Shown piece after piece: positions 47,902-57,795 of a stretch of DNA of 64,000 nucleotides. How positions within the stretch are numbered: position 1 is the stretch's first letter; the number at the start of each line of letters is the position of its first letter. The notes below the pieces were generated by a model, which ran no database searches, was not told where the DNA came from, and worked only from the letters and a program-made list of their open reading frames with translations. Both the position numbers and the translations under genes were made by a program. The stretch comes from a virus (taxonomy: Duplodnaviria; Caudoviricetes). The stretch is from the IMG/VR virus record IMGVR_UViG_2788500220_000013, positions 44,872 through 108,871 of that record. One strand, 5' to 3'.

Positions 47902-49752
47902 CTAAGATGCTGTTCCAATAATATCATGATCTGGATATCTAAGCTCAAATATCGAACCTGGTGGCCCTACAACAAGGCCTTTAAATGTATTTGCTGCAAG
48001 ATTTAGACTTACATTACTATATTCTCTATCCTGAATTATTCCTCGCATGTTATTAACGGATAAGTCAACCAATGATAAAACGTCTGGTGTATTAATAATA
48101 ACATTGATAATATCAATCATCATAATGGGTTGATCTATTTGGAATGCCTCAATCTTTAAAATATCCTTAAGACGACGAATGACCTTCTGTACAGTTACTT
48201 CTTTATTAGCAATTGGATCAACTATAATGTTAAATTCAACAGAATAATTTAAAATCCTTGCATCTAAAACATCAACTGCATCTGATATTAGTCTAAAATC
48301 GTCTACATATGTCCTTAGGTTTTTCTTTAATGAATCTGGGGCAAATGCCAGTCGGCCCATTTTATCCAAACTAACAATAAATAATTGGGATGCTAAATGG
48401 TTATTTGGATCTGGTCGTAAACCTGCCCGAAAGACGCGGCCGAATTCAGAGGGCAAAGTATAAATACGAGACAATAAGTCTTGCTTTGTTACTACCCGGG
48501 ATTGCATTTGTCTAGCAGAAGGGATTTGTTTTTTAACTTGATCTAACGTTGGTTTTTTCGCGCCACCAGCTGCTGGGAATCGATTTGTGACAGCAATAGA
48601 ATCCCGTACGAACCTGATTGTTTCGGTCGGTAAGCTAGAGTTTCTTGGCCATTTTATCAGAAGTTGTTCAACATTTTTAATTTCCCCTGAATTAACATTA
48701 TGTGATAGACCACCGCCGAAACGATACTTTACCTTAATAGTTGTTCCCCGGGGTGATAGGCCAAGGGTATGGGTATCTAATAGCTTGTTTGGATCTAGCG
48801 AAAATCTAGGAATGACCGTCTTTCCATACAGGGGCAATGATAATTCGCTAGGGTCTGGTATAACGTCATCATCAAATGATGCAGAATCACCAGAGCCAAA
48901 CCTAAGGACTGTCCTCTTTGTATTAGGGTCAACATGTCTTGTGTATCGATATGTTGCAGGTTTAACCTCTAGGGTATATTCTACAATATCAGCATCATCA
49001 TTAATATTCTTAATTCCCTGATATACTGTGTCTTGTGCTAGGGATTCAACTTCGTAGTAAATGTTGTGGTTCGTATCTTCAACGGAAATAATGTCTGTCA
49101 AGTCAGGTTTTGATAATGATATTTTTCTGAAAGGAACATGGTCATCTGAGATCGTAAAATACTCTTCCGTGGATTTTCCCGAAAGACATATTACATTTTT
49201 TTCTAACACAAAATATGTCGGGTGATTATCATTTGGGTCTGTTGCGGATGTTGTTACATTGGCTAGTAAGACCCCACCTAAATTCGTCTCAGAAAAATCT
49301 ACATCTTCCGTTGTGATAAATGATGCTCCACCCCCAGTAAAAACTGTCCCCTCTAGTATTTGTGGTAGTGCCATTGTATTGGGGACATAAGCATCCCCCT
49401 CAAAAACAGACGGTACCTCTATTCGAATTGTTACCTCTGCAACTGCAGGTGAGGGCCCTGGGATTTTTAATCCAGCATTTTCGATATGCCGATGGATATT
49501 CTTCATCTCAATAGCAGTATCCCACCGAAGCTCATTAAATTGATGATCCATATAAAATGACATAGAGTCGCCAATCATCGCAGCCATATCTAACAACAAC
49601 CCGCCGACAGACGCCTCAGAAAAATCATTAATCTGATCTGGGAAATACGTTCTGGCATATCTTAATAAGTCAGATCTAAATCCAGAGAAATCCCTGGACA
49701 AATAGGATCTCGTTTTCTCTTTCTTTATCTTCTTCTTAATATTAATCGTCAT
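47902..49752 (-). CDS. gp6: Baseplate wedge subunit, T4 gp6-like (baseplate J family)
   Basis: 'YLSRDFSGFRSDL...YFPDQINDFSEASVGGLLLDMAAMIGDSMSFYMDHQFNE', 'LRFGSG', 'AAGG', 'QSRVVTKQD'. Confidence 0.9.
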   Translation of the reverse strand: MTINIKKKIKKEKTRSYLSRDFSGFRSDLLRYARTYFPDQINDFSEASVGGLLLDMAAMIGDSMSFYMDHQFNELRWDTAIEMKNIHRHIENAGLKIPGPSPAVAEVTIRIEVPSVFEGDAYVPNTMALPQILEGTVFTGGGASFITTEDVDFSETNLGGVLLANVTTSATDPNDNHPTYFVLEKNVICLSGKSTEEYFTISDDHVPFRKISLSKPDLTDIISVEDTNHNIYYEVESLAQDTVYQGIKNINDDADIVEYTLEVKPATYRYTRHVDPNTKRTVLRFGSGDSASFDDDVIPDPSELSLPLYGKTVIPRFSLDPNKLLDTHTLGLSPRGTTIKVKYRFGGGLSHNVNSGEIKNVEQLLIKWPRNSSLPTETIRFVRDSIAVTNRFPAAGGAKKPTLDQVKKQIPSARQMQSRVVTKQDLLSRIYTLPSEFGRVFRAGLRPDPNNHLASQLFIVSLDKMGRLAFAPDSLKKNLRTYVDDFRLISDAVDVLDARILNYSVEFNIIVDPIANKEVTVQKVIRRLKDILKIEAFQIDQPIMMIDIINVIINTPDVLSLVDLSVNNMRGIIQDREYSNVSLNLAANTFKGLVVGPPGSIFELRYPDHDIIGTAS

Positions 49753-49758
49753 TAAACA

Positions 49759-50247
49759 TTATCCCGTTACATACATTGTTACTTCCATTGCCTTAATATT
49801 ATTATTAAGCTTAGGAACCTTATAGGTAATACGTATCTTAACTTTTGCAACATGTTGATTATCATGATGTTCGACAGACGTCTCAAATGTATCAAGTTCT
49901 ATATACGGTAAATACTTTGTTGTTGAAACCTTAATCCTGCTTATAGCTTTTGTATCGCCAGACTCACTACCTAATTCATGGACTAACTCTTCAAGATTTG
50001 CACCAAAATCAAAAAATCCTAATCTCTCTCCATGGTTTGTCATTAATAGATTGCGAAAATTATCATGAATCTGATCTGCTAGTGCAGTGTGCATCTTAAA
50101 TAGGCCATGATTATTTATTCCTGGCTCTAGAGGTGTCTTGAACCCTATGGGTATCTCATTGGGAGGAATGATACCATCAATAATCCGATCAGACTCATTA
50201 ATGCCAACACTCTTAAAACTATATTTTGTTGCGATCTGATTTGCCAT
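49759..50247 (-). CDS. gp25: Baseplate wedge/sheath initiator, T4 gp25-like
   Basis: 'QIHDNFRNLLMTNHGERLGFFDFGANLEELVHE'. Confidence 0.9.
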   Translation of the reverse strand: MANQIATKYSFKSVGINESDRIIDGIIPPNEIPIGFKTPLEPGINNHGLFKMHTALADQIHDNFRNLLMTNHGERLGFFDFGANLEELVHELGSESGDTKAISRIKVSTTKYLPYIELDTFETSVEHHDNQHVAKVKIRITYKVPKLNNNIKAMEVTMYVTG

Positions 50248-50347
50248 AAACTGTTTGTCCTTACCACCTATCGTAACTAAATATTGCCCTTAATAAATTA
50301 TCGCAATATATAGGCGAATAATTCAAGGCTATAAAGTAAACTATCAA

Positions 50348-51268
50348 TCAAGATAATGTTCCCGTACCGGATCCTGAACAACCGTCAGTCTCCGACGGTA
50401 CTGTAGCTCCTGATGATACGTTCGAGTTTCCGGAAACAGTTCTTCCATCAGTCTTCTCATCAGTAGTTATGACAGTGACTGATTCAAAATATGCACGGAT
50501 GCCATCACAGACACCCTTCGCAAGGATCTTATTAACTATCTCATCCTTTGCTAATGACAATTTGTCCGAATCTGTTGCATCTGGGTTTGACAAATCTGCA
50601 TATGACCCGGAGGGCGCTGCACCTGCTTCCATAGCTTCAATATATGCATCTTTTATTGCAGCATCTAAATCGCTGTCAGCGCCTGCAGTTAAGCCAGTAG
50701 CTGTGCCACCCTCACCCTCACCATCGCCCTCACCATCAGTAGCAATCGAACCCCCAGAATTTCCGCTACCTGGTGCACTTGTGCCTGCAGTTGTATCTGA
50801 CTTTGTTACAATAGCATGATCCTTTGTATACGTATGGATATACCCGGCCAGCTCAGTAGCAAAAGAAGTTATATTTGCTACTGCATCTTGTTCACCAGCC
50901 TCGCCCTTGTCATGAAGATTTGTTTTTTTTGCATTAAATATATCTTCCTGAAGTGTTGACAATAGTCCTGAATCGTGAACTACGTGGCCCTTACATGCTG
51001 ATGATGTTGTTTCGTCATTTGCGCCAGATGCTGAACACGTCTCTGTTTCCCATGTAACAACAAGATCTAACTTTGAAGACATTAGAAATTGATCAATAGC
51101 CAGGCCGAGGTCATTAGCTAACTGTTCTAGAACTGAAAGCCCGGCAGTATTATCTGCATTCTGCATTGCAGCATCATAAGCATCGGTGACATCTAAATGA
51201 AATGCATCATAGGCTGCCGCTAGTCCATCATCATAATTATCTGATTGTTCGTACGCAGCATAACCCAT
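50348..51268 (-). CDS. Baseplate-associated protein made of three ~100-aa tandem repeats
   Basis: Three units of L..L..DI..A...LA..L...I..Y/F....V.T...G.G; located directly after the gp5-like spike. Confidence 0.65.
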   Translation of the reverse strand: MGYAAYEQSDNYDDGLAAAYDAFHLDVTDAYDAAMQNADNTAGLSVLEQLANDLGLAIDQFLMSSKLDLVVTWETETCSASGANDETTSSACKGHVVHDSGLLSTLQEDIFNAKKTNLHDKGEAGEQDAVANITSFATELAGYIHTYTKDHAIVTKSDTTAGTSAPGSGNSGGSIATDGEGDGEGEGGTATGLTAGADSDLDAAIKDAYIEAMEAGAAPSGSYADLSNPDATDSDKLSLAKDEIVNKILAKGVCDGIRAYFESVTVITTDEKTDGRTVSGNSNVSSGATVPSETDGCSGSGTGTLS

Positions 51269-51271
51269 GGA

Positions 51272-52948
51272 TTATTCCCCAAATATTCTTTCTGATTTTA
51301 TGGTATTAATCTGTGCTATCCTATCATCCATATCGTCTTGTAACGTCTGACATTCTGCAGAAGCTGATGCCGTTAAGGATGGATTCGGTGCACCATATCC
51401 AGGGGTTGAATTTGAGCTAAAATTTGTTTGTAGGTCTAGTGCAAACTGCTTTATATTTTCCATAGTTGCCGTCAACAAATTGTCAAGCTGTTCATACTTT
51501 ACCCAGGGTTGAGAATTGCCCGGGCCTGGCCCGGAGCTTGTACCAGAGTCGGCATCTGCGGCTGCGATACCTCCATCAGGATCTTCAGTTCGGCCTAGAA
51601 AGATCTTACTTCCTGAAATCTGAATCGTACCATCAGGTAGTAATAATATCGTTGCCATATCGTCCGATGGGTCACCTTCCTTTATTATCCGAATGCTTCC
51701 ATTGATTTCGGGATACCCCGTTGGTGGCTCTTCCCCTGTTTTCCTTGCAATAATACGTACTTCATCTGACTTTGCGACAATAAATGCTGCATCTTCTATA
51801 TCATCAATTGTATGTTCACCATATGGTGCCACCATTGAACCAGTTTCAGAGCTAATTCCGAAATTTGCATCACCATTTGTTTTCATTGATACATAGATTC
51901 TTGATGCATCATGCATAAGATCAGGATCTCCCTCAGAGGGATTGTCTAGCCTATTTTCAGCTTCTTCTGTTGACGCTGCCTCCACAGGGCTTTTGTCAGT
52001 CTCTTGATATCCACGGGCATTTTCTATCACTCGTTGAGATGTAAATTCCGTCCCGTCGGCGCCATCGGGAAAGGCAGATGACCTTCCGCGGCCGGCAACA
52101 ATATCAATTGTACCAGCATATGATCTTTCATTCTCATCTGTAGGTGGACCGTCATCACCCCAACGGCCATCGGCATCAGCTGATGTAGAGCTTTCAGACC
52201 ACTGTGCGTCTGTTGAGTCTGCAACTGTCTCAGCGGTCCATCCCCGATCTTCACCTAAGCATATTAATGTATTATTAGAACCTTGTATCACAAAGTCACC
52301 AGGGCGTTTAGTAAACCTTGGAACTGACTCAAAAGTTATCGATTGATTTGCTATAGCCTGTTCATGAATTTCTTCATATGCATCCACAGTACCGGGTAAG
52401 GACATTAAGTCTATAGCTCCCCCACCATTTAGAAATCCAGGAACTGTATCTGTTTCGTCATATGTCTCACCTTCTTCATCTTCAATTGTAGCTCTGCGAC
52501 TTGAGGGTGTTCGGCCAGTTTGAACCCATTCCCTATCTAAATGTGTAAAGTTTAAATCATCAACATGAGATGACCCGGGTATTCTACACAACCAATACAT
52601 TAGCTGTGTTTGCCCTTCTGACCTTTCACTTATAACCCATACTTGTTCACCAGGCTTTACAGGAAAGCATAGATGAGGAGGGAAAAAAGGATAACATATT
52701 ATGCTAGGGAATGGATCACGACTGCTCTGTTGATCTGACACTATCCTTGCTATTATGGAGTTTCTTGGCTTATTTGCGAAATGTGGTGAGGATTCAGATG
52801 ATAGTGCATGGATATATCCACCTTGTACTGCATCATTATGAATCGCAATATCAGAAAATACGTCCACAACAACCGCCCTATACAATATACGATTGGGAAC
52901 TAACCTAGCAAAGCTTTCTACTGTACTGCGGTCATATGACTCTGACAT
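51272..52948 (-). CDS. Baseplate central spike/hub, gp5/gpV-like (N-terminal OB fold)
   Basis: 'YRAVVVDV', 'CYPFFP..LCFPVKPGEQVWVI', 'YWLCRI', 'PGDFVIQGSNNTLICLG', C-terminal 'QPWVK...IKSERIFGE'; upstream of gp25/gp6. Confidence 0.7.
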   Translation of the reverse strand: MSESYDRSTVESFARLVPNRILYRAVVVDVFSDIAIHNDAVQGGYIHALSSESSPHFANKPRNSIIARIVSDQQSSRDPFPSIICYPFFPPHLCFPVKPGEQVWVISERSEGQTQLMYWLCRIPGSSHVDDLNFTHLDREWVQTGRTPSSRRATIEDEEGETYDETDTVPGFLNGGGAIDLMSLPGTVDAYEEIHEQAIANQSITFESVPRFTKRPGDFVIQGSNNTLICLGEDRGWTAETVADSTDAQWSESSTSADADGRWGDDGPPTDENERSYAGTIDIVAGRGRSSAFPDGADGTEFTSQRVIENARGYQETDKSPVEAASTEEAENRLDNPSEGDPDLMHDASRIYVSMKTNGDANFGISSETGSMVAPYGEHTIDDIEDAAFIVAKSDEVRIIARKTGEEPPTGYPEINGSIRIIKEGDPSDDMATILLLPDGTIQISGSKIFLGRTEDPDGGIAAADADSGTSSGPGPGNSQPWVKYEQLDNLLTATMENIKQFALDLQTNFSSNSTPGYGAPNPSLTASASAECQTLQDDMDDRIAQINTIKSERIFGE

Positions 52949-53322
52949 TATTTTTCACCGTCGCCACTTATTTGCGCAAATAAATCATCTGGATTTACTC
53001 GAGCCCTTTGCTCCTCAGCTTTTGCAATTAGCTCTGCCAACTTTAAAATCTGTTCATTAGATTTCCCCATACGTTCCAGATACTTTGTCATAACGGCGCC
53101 GAGGGTTGCATGTTCGAACATTCCACCGGACATTTGCTTATAAGCGTCTGTAAATAGCATGCTAGCATTTTCTCTATCAATTAATGCATTTTCATATATC
53201 TCTTTCCACAGCAGTTTTTTCTTATCCTCTGTGGCCTCTAAAGAATCTAAAATATCAGAAAATTGCTCTATCTTTTTTTCAGTCTCTTTAAGTTTGTCCA
53301 TTTGCTTACTTACAACTTTCAT
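52948..53322 (-). CDS. Helical protein, candidate terminase small subunit (gp16-like)
   Basis: 'ERMGKSNEQILKLAE' resembles my recollection of T4 gp16 'GQMTTTNREILKLHK'; AAGGAG SD. Confidence 0.45.
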   Translation of the reverse strand: MKVVSKQMDKLKETEKKIEQFSDILDSLEATEDKKKLLWKEIYENALIDRENASMLFTDAYKQMSGGMFEHATLGAVMTKYLERMGKSNEQILKLAELIAKAEEQRARVNPDDLFAQISGDGEK

Positions 53323-53331
53323 GTCTGCTCC

Positions 53332-54075
53332 TTAAAATAACCCATAATCCTCTGTTTTAGCCAATGCCTTATAATGTTTACGTATTATTGACATTGCAAC
53401 AGACAATTGCTTTGGATTTAATCCAGAAATTTCCCTTACATATACAAAAATCGCACGCTTGTTTAAATAGTCTAAGTCATCTATACTTTCAAAAACCTTA
53501 ACAACTGCATGCATACACTTTTTTTCATTCTCACCAGTGACCTTTTTTTGAATTTCCAATAGAATTTTCATAATATCACCACGGAAATCTTTTTTAATCA
53601 TTAACTCATCTGGGGGTAGGATAATGTCATGGTTTGCGACGGCCATTTTGTCTACCATGGACATTGATTCCGGAGCATCTACGCTAACATGGCGCCTGGT
53701 ATTCTTTTGGCGTCGACGGGAGTTAATAATCAACCAATTTTTACCAACAACATTAAAATATGAAAATGCTTTTGTGCCCTTATGCCTGTCCCACTTATGA
53801 AGTGTTTCAAACAAAAATGAAATACAGTCAGACTTTAAATGTTCAACTGGCTCTGCAGGGGTTGCAAATCCATATATAAAAATTAGATTTTGTACTAGCT
53901 TGTCAAACGCAGGAAGAATTTTTTCCACATATAAATCATTTTTTTTGTTTATATCTTCTGCATCTTGATAATCACATATCGCAGCTTGGGTATCTGCATT
54001 AAAATACATTGATGCAGGATCACCTTTACCCCTACGGATTATTCGCTTTTTCTTAGTTCGCTTTTTCGTTGCCAA
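53332..54075 (-). CDS. Phage RNA polymerase sigma factor, gp55-like (late transcription)
   Basis: 'YFNADTQAAI..Y', 'PAFDKLVQNLI', 'LKSDCISFL...LHKWD..KG.KAFSYFNVVGKNWLI' (sigma region 2 pattern). TTG start. Confidence 0.75.
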   Translation of the reverse strand: MATKKRTKKKRIIRRGKGDPASMYFNADTQAAICDYQDAEDINKKNDLYVEKILPAFDKLVQNLIFIYGFATPAEPVEHLKSDCISFLFETLHKWDRHKGTKAFSYFNVVGKNWLIINSRRRQKNTRRHVSVDAPESMSMVDKMAVANHDIILPPDELMIKKDFRGDIMKILLEIQKKVTGENEKKCMHAVVKVFESIDDLDYLNKRAIFVYVREISGLNPKQLSVAMSIIRKHYKALAKTEDYGLF

Positions 54076-54427
54076 TTTCTTTATTCCCTTGCATTAACGG
54101 GTTATCCGCCTGATTTATCGAAGGTACCTCAAGGCTCCCGTGAATAGACGTTAATGCATGGGCAATTTCTAAAATTGACTCCCTTACTTCCCTAACATTC
54201 TCTAATACACCTCTTATTTCAGGACTATTATAAAATAAAGGTGTACTTAAAACCTTAGAGATAGTAGCGTATTTATCATCCAGCATATCCAGTGAAACCT
54301 CAAGAACATCTTGTACCCTAATAATAATCAACCCAAATCTTATAAGGTAAAATAAAGATACGGCCAGGCATACTGCCAAAATTGATATTATTACTAGTAA
54401 TACAGTCGTTGAGGTAGCAAAAATCAT
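54053..54427 (-). CDS. Membrane-anchored hypothetical protein
   Basis: Hydrophobic N-terminal ~35 aa followed by a helical soluble part. Confidence 0.7.
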   Translation of the reverse strand: MIFATSTTVLLVIISILAVCLAVSLFYLIRFGLIIIRVQDVLEVSLDMLDDKYATISKVLSTPLFYNSPEIRGVLENVREVRESILEIAHALTSIHGSLEVPSINQADNPLMQGNKEIGNEKAN

Positions 54428-55596
54428 TTAAATAATAGCTCCAATGACTCGCTATATAACTGGTTTATCTTTTCCTGTGAATACATGTCTTTGAGTTTTT
54501 TTGATAATGACTCAGCCCATTTAGTAGGGGTGCCAGGAGACTTATAAAACTTCTGAAACCTTCGTTTGGCATCTTCCTCAATTGGTTCGGCCCATCGAGC
54601 ACCGGGGATAAATATATTGTTATCAACCCTAGAACTATGAATTTCTTGAAGATTATACTTTACATCTAAAAATTTTCCATGGCCCATAAAATCTAAATGG
54701 CCTGACCAGCCAGTTGCTATTATTGGCATGCCGGACACAGCTGCCTCTAGTAAGGGTAAACCATACCCTTCCCCCCTTGTTAGTGACACTAGCGCTTTTA
54801 CTTTGGGGTGTCTATACAAAGATGCAATCTCGTCTTGAGTCATACTACCGTGGAGAAAATGTATTTTGGGGTAATCACCAATACGAGTTTCCTCTATAAG
54901 ACGTGATAAGACACGTGTTGTAACAACCCTATCAATCTTTGTATTTCTTCCAGAATTTGTCTTTATGACAATTCCAACATCAGGATTATCTTTAAACGTT
55001 TCACACAACCATTTTACAGTATAAAACAAATTTTTTCGATCGCTATCTGGGTTTTTACCTGTAAGTTGGCCAAAGACTAAAAAGTTAAAAGGCGTATCAA
55101 AATCTAAGTCTAAATCCTTAATATCATCATTAGACAAACATTCATAGTATGATTCCGGGATAACAAACAATGGCTTCGTAACTTGGCCAGTGTTGTATAT
55201 ACACGTTTTGACATGCTGCGATGGTACTATAACTGCATCCATATTATTACAACACTGAATCCAGTTAGGATTGCACCGATCGGTTTCGACAAATGCCGAA
55301 ATGCCGATATTCGTTTGCGCCAATGTAGAGTCCCACTCATTAGGGAGCTGAACTTGAAATGATATATCAAACGTCTCATTAGGAGGTAGTTGCCTAGATG
55401 AACTCATAATATCACCCATCAAACCGTCTTCAAGATCTGGATTAATCATCCAAGATGTTATTCCCCATGGAACTATATGAGAATATATCTCTACATCATC
55501 ACGACTTAATAGCCACTTAAAAATCTGTCTAGAGTGTGTACCATATCCTGAATATGAAAGTAGAGGTGCCCTAATCAATACATTTTTCTTCTTCAT
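54424..55596 (-). CDS. Glycosyltransferase family 4 (GT-B)
   Basis: 'SGYGTHSR', 'RKN', 'TRGEGYGLPLLEAAVSGMPIIATGWSGHLDF'. Start likely 55596 (track gives 55620). Confidence 0.92.
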   Translation of the reverse strand: MKKKNVLIRAPLLSYSGYGTHSRQIFKWLLSRDDVEIYSHIVPWGITSWMINPDLEDGLMGDIMSSSRQLPPNETFDISFQVQLPNEWDSTLAQTNIGISAFVETDRCNPNWIQCCNNMDAVIVPSQHVKTCIYNTGQVTKPLFVIPESYYECLSNDDIKDLDLDFDTPFNFLVFGQLTGKNPDSDRKNLFYTVKWLCETFKDNPDVGIVIKTNSGRNTKIDRVVTTRVLSRLIEETRIGDYPKIHFLHGSMTQDEIASLYRHPKVKALVSLTRGEGYGLPLLEAAVSGMPIIATGWSGHLDFMGHGKFLDVKYNLQEIHSSRVDNNIFIPGARWAEPIEEDAKRRFQKFYKSPGTPTKWAESLSKKLKDMYSQEKINQLYSESLELLFK

Positions 55597-55604
55597 TTTT
55601 CTTC

Positions 55605-56849
55605 CTAAAGCGTTACGCATTCCCAGGGTTTATATTTCTCTTTCCAATTAGCAACAGTGTCATTTAATGTTTCATGCCATAAATCAACTGTAGTTTGATA
55701 TGAAAATTCTGACTTTACATAGTTCAGGACTTTATTACTTAGCTTCTTTTGTTCCTTAGGGCTAAGATTATGCATTTTCATAAAAGCGGCAGCGATGGAT
55801 TCGCATGATACATAGTCTTCATATATGTACGGCACAGTTTGAGATCCTACCAACGTTTTTATCTCAATAGGCAATGCGACACCATTTTCAGTACCATCTC
55901 TATGATCAACAACTTGCCTTGTTAGGCCGCCGGTCTTCGGCGCAATAATTGGGGTACCAGTCTGCATAGATTCAAGTGTCCCAAGGCCGAAGCCCTCGGC
56001 ATAACTTATATTCACACCAACATCTGCAATATTGTGTAATACATTCATTTGTGCAAATTCAATTCTGTCCTTTGAAAAAACAACATTATCTTTTATCCCT
56101 AACATATCAACTGTCTCAAAAAGATTTGAGCCTTCGCGATCCATGGGATCAGTATGTAGCAATAGTGTTGCATTTTTATGCTTATGTGTTTTTTCTAGTC
56201 CATCTAAAAATAATTTCCATGACAACAAAAGATCATTCCCACGTTTCCTTTTAGCATTACGATTAACCCAGAATGCGACAAAATGATCAACCTTGTTCGG
56301 CCCTAAAATTTGAGCCCGGGCGTCTTTGATTTCCTTATCTTTTAATGGGTAAAAAAGACCAGGAGGTAGGGCATGCGGAATAAAATTTGCTTTACCAGGT
56401 ACAAGTTCAGAACACATTTCGTATGTTATATACGAATGACAATTGACTAAATCTGTAGATTCATATAAAACCTTATTAAATTTAGGTGTAGGATAATTGT
56501 CCCAAACATGCCAATAAACAATAGGACAAATTTGATGTACTTCATCCTCCATCTCCCATAACCATGTAAAAAATCTGGGATCTGTAAAAATGAATAAAAT
56601 GTCTGGTTTTTCTGCTGCAAGGGTTACTCTAATGAGTTCCTTATTTCCAAACCCATCAATAGGTTTAATAATAAAATCATCATTGACAGTAATTACATCA
56701 TAATTTTCATGACGAACAGCAGCGCCAAATTGCCTAACAGACCATTCACCCTTTTCAATAAGGCCTTCAATTAAAAATCTACTTTGACATCCTACACCTG
56801 AAGGACTTAAAGCATGATCTGACAGCATTAAAATTTTCTTCTTGGCCAT
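55605..56849 (-). CDS. Glycosyltransferase family 4 (GT-B)
   Basis: 'SGVGCQ', 'NRNAKRKR', 'SYAEGFGLGTLESMQTGTPIIA...GGL'; AAGGAG SD. Confidence 0.92.
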   Translation of the reverse strand: MAKKKILMLSDHALSPSGVGCQSRFLIEGLIEKGEWSVRQFGAAVRHENYDVITVNDDFIIKPIDGFGNKELIRVTLAAEKPDILFIFTDPRFFTWLWEMEDEVHQICPIVYWHVWDNYPTPKFNKVLYESTDLVNCHSYITYEMCSELVPGKANFIPHALPPGLFYPLKDKEIKDARAQILGPNKVDHFVAFWVNRNAKRKRGNDLLLSWKLFLDGLEKTHKHKNATLLLHTDPMDREGSNLFETVDMLGIKDNVVFSKDRIEFAQMNVLHNIADVGVNISYAEGFGLGTLESMQTGTPIIAPKTGGLTRQVVDHRDGTENGVALPIEIKTLVGSQTVPYIYEDYVSCESIAAAFMKMHNLSPKEQKKLSNKVLNYVKSEFSYQTTVDLWHETLNDTVANWKEKYKPWECVTL

Positions 56850-56914
56850 TTTGTACCATACTCCTTAACAATATATCCTTATAATACATTGACATTTAAA
56901 AGAGTTAATGATAA

Positions 56915-57781
56915 TCAATCAGAACTAACGGCTCTACCAATCATCGACTCCCAATCACGTTCTGCAGACTTTCGAACCTCAAGGTTCTTTTCCCAAACTG
57001 CAGTTAATACAGTCGGATTAATGCCACACTCATCAGCTACAAACCTAATTGCATTTAAATCCTTAGGAAAACAATGGCCGCCAAAACCCATACTTCCGTC
57101 AGGGCCGGGTACTGAGAGGTGAGAATTACCGATTCTATCATCATATAACGCATACTCTACAACCTTATCAAAGTCAACATTAATTTTATCACAAACCTGT
57201 TTCATTTCATTTGCAAAACTTACTTTTGTTGCAAGAAAACAATTTATAAAATATTTTACTGTCTCTGCAACGTTAGCGCCGGTCTTAACAATTGGCACCT
57301 TTGGAAACGCTTTGCGGTACATAGTCTTAACTTTTGTTGATGCAGGGCGGGGGCCCCCGATAATAATCCGATTTTGATTTTTAAAATCATTATATGAGTT
57401 TGCTTCTGTCAAAAACTCAGGATTAAAAATAACAGTTATGTGAGAATAACGATCATTCAATCTATCAGTAGTACCGGGCTCAACCGTTGATTTAATAACT
57501 GCAATCGTTGACTTATTGAGTCGGCGGTTGGCATCATTAATATCACTAATGGCCGTCTCGACAATCCTTGTATCACAACGTCCAGATTGGTTCATGGGTG
57601 TCGGTAAACAAACAAATATAATTTCATCAACCTTATCAACTAACTCACTGATATTTTCGACTGTTGATTGTTTCCCGGGATCAATATCATACGTCTCAAC
57701 ATTAAAGGCATTATTCATACCTTCCCTAATTGCAGATCCTACAAACCCCTGTCCTATAATTCCGATTGTTTTCTTTACCAT
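56915..57781 (-). CDS. ugd: UDP-glucose/GDP-mannose dehydrogenase family protein (short; lacks the C-terminal domain)
   Basis: GQGFVG, VCLPTP, IKSTV.PG, NPEFL, catalytic GFGGHCFPKD. ATG 57781 preferred to TTG 57805. Confidence 0.88.
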   Translation of the reverse strand: MVKKTIGIIGQGFVGSAIREGMNNAFNVETYDIDPGKQSTVENISELVDKVDEIIFVCLPTPMNQSGRCDTRIVETAISDINDANRRLNKSTIAVIKSTVEPGTTDRLNDRYSHITVIFNPEFLTEANSYNDFKNQNRIIIGGPRPASTKVKTMYRKAFPKVPIVKTGANVAETVKYFINCFLATKVSFANEMKQVCDKINVDFDKVVEYALYDDRIGNSHLSVPGPDGSMGFGGHCFPKDLNAIRFVADECGINPTVLTAVWEKNLEVRKSAERDWESMIGRAVSSD

Positions 57782-57795
57782 TTTATCTTTATCCT

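Noticed and set aside
47902-52948. T6SS/eCIS/tailocin
   Set aside because: Capsid, portal, protease and terminase are present, so this is a true phage.
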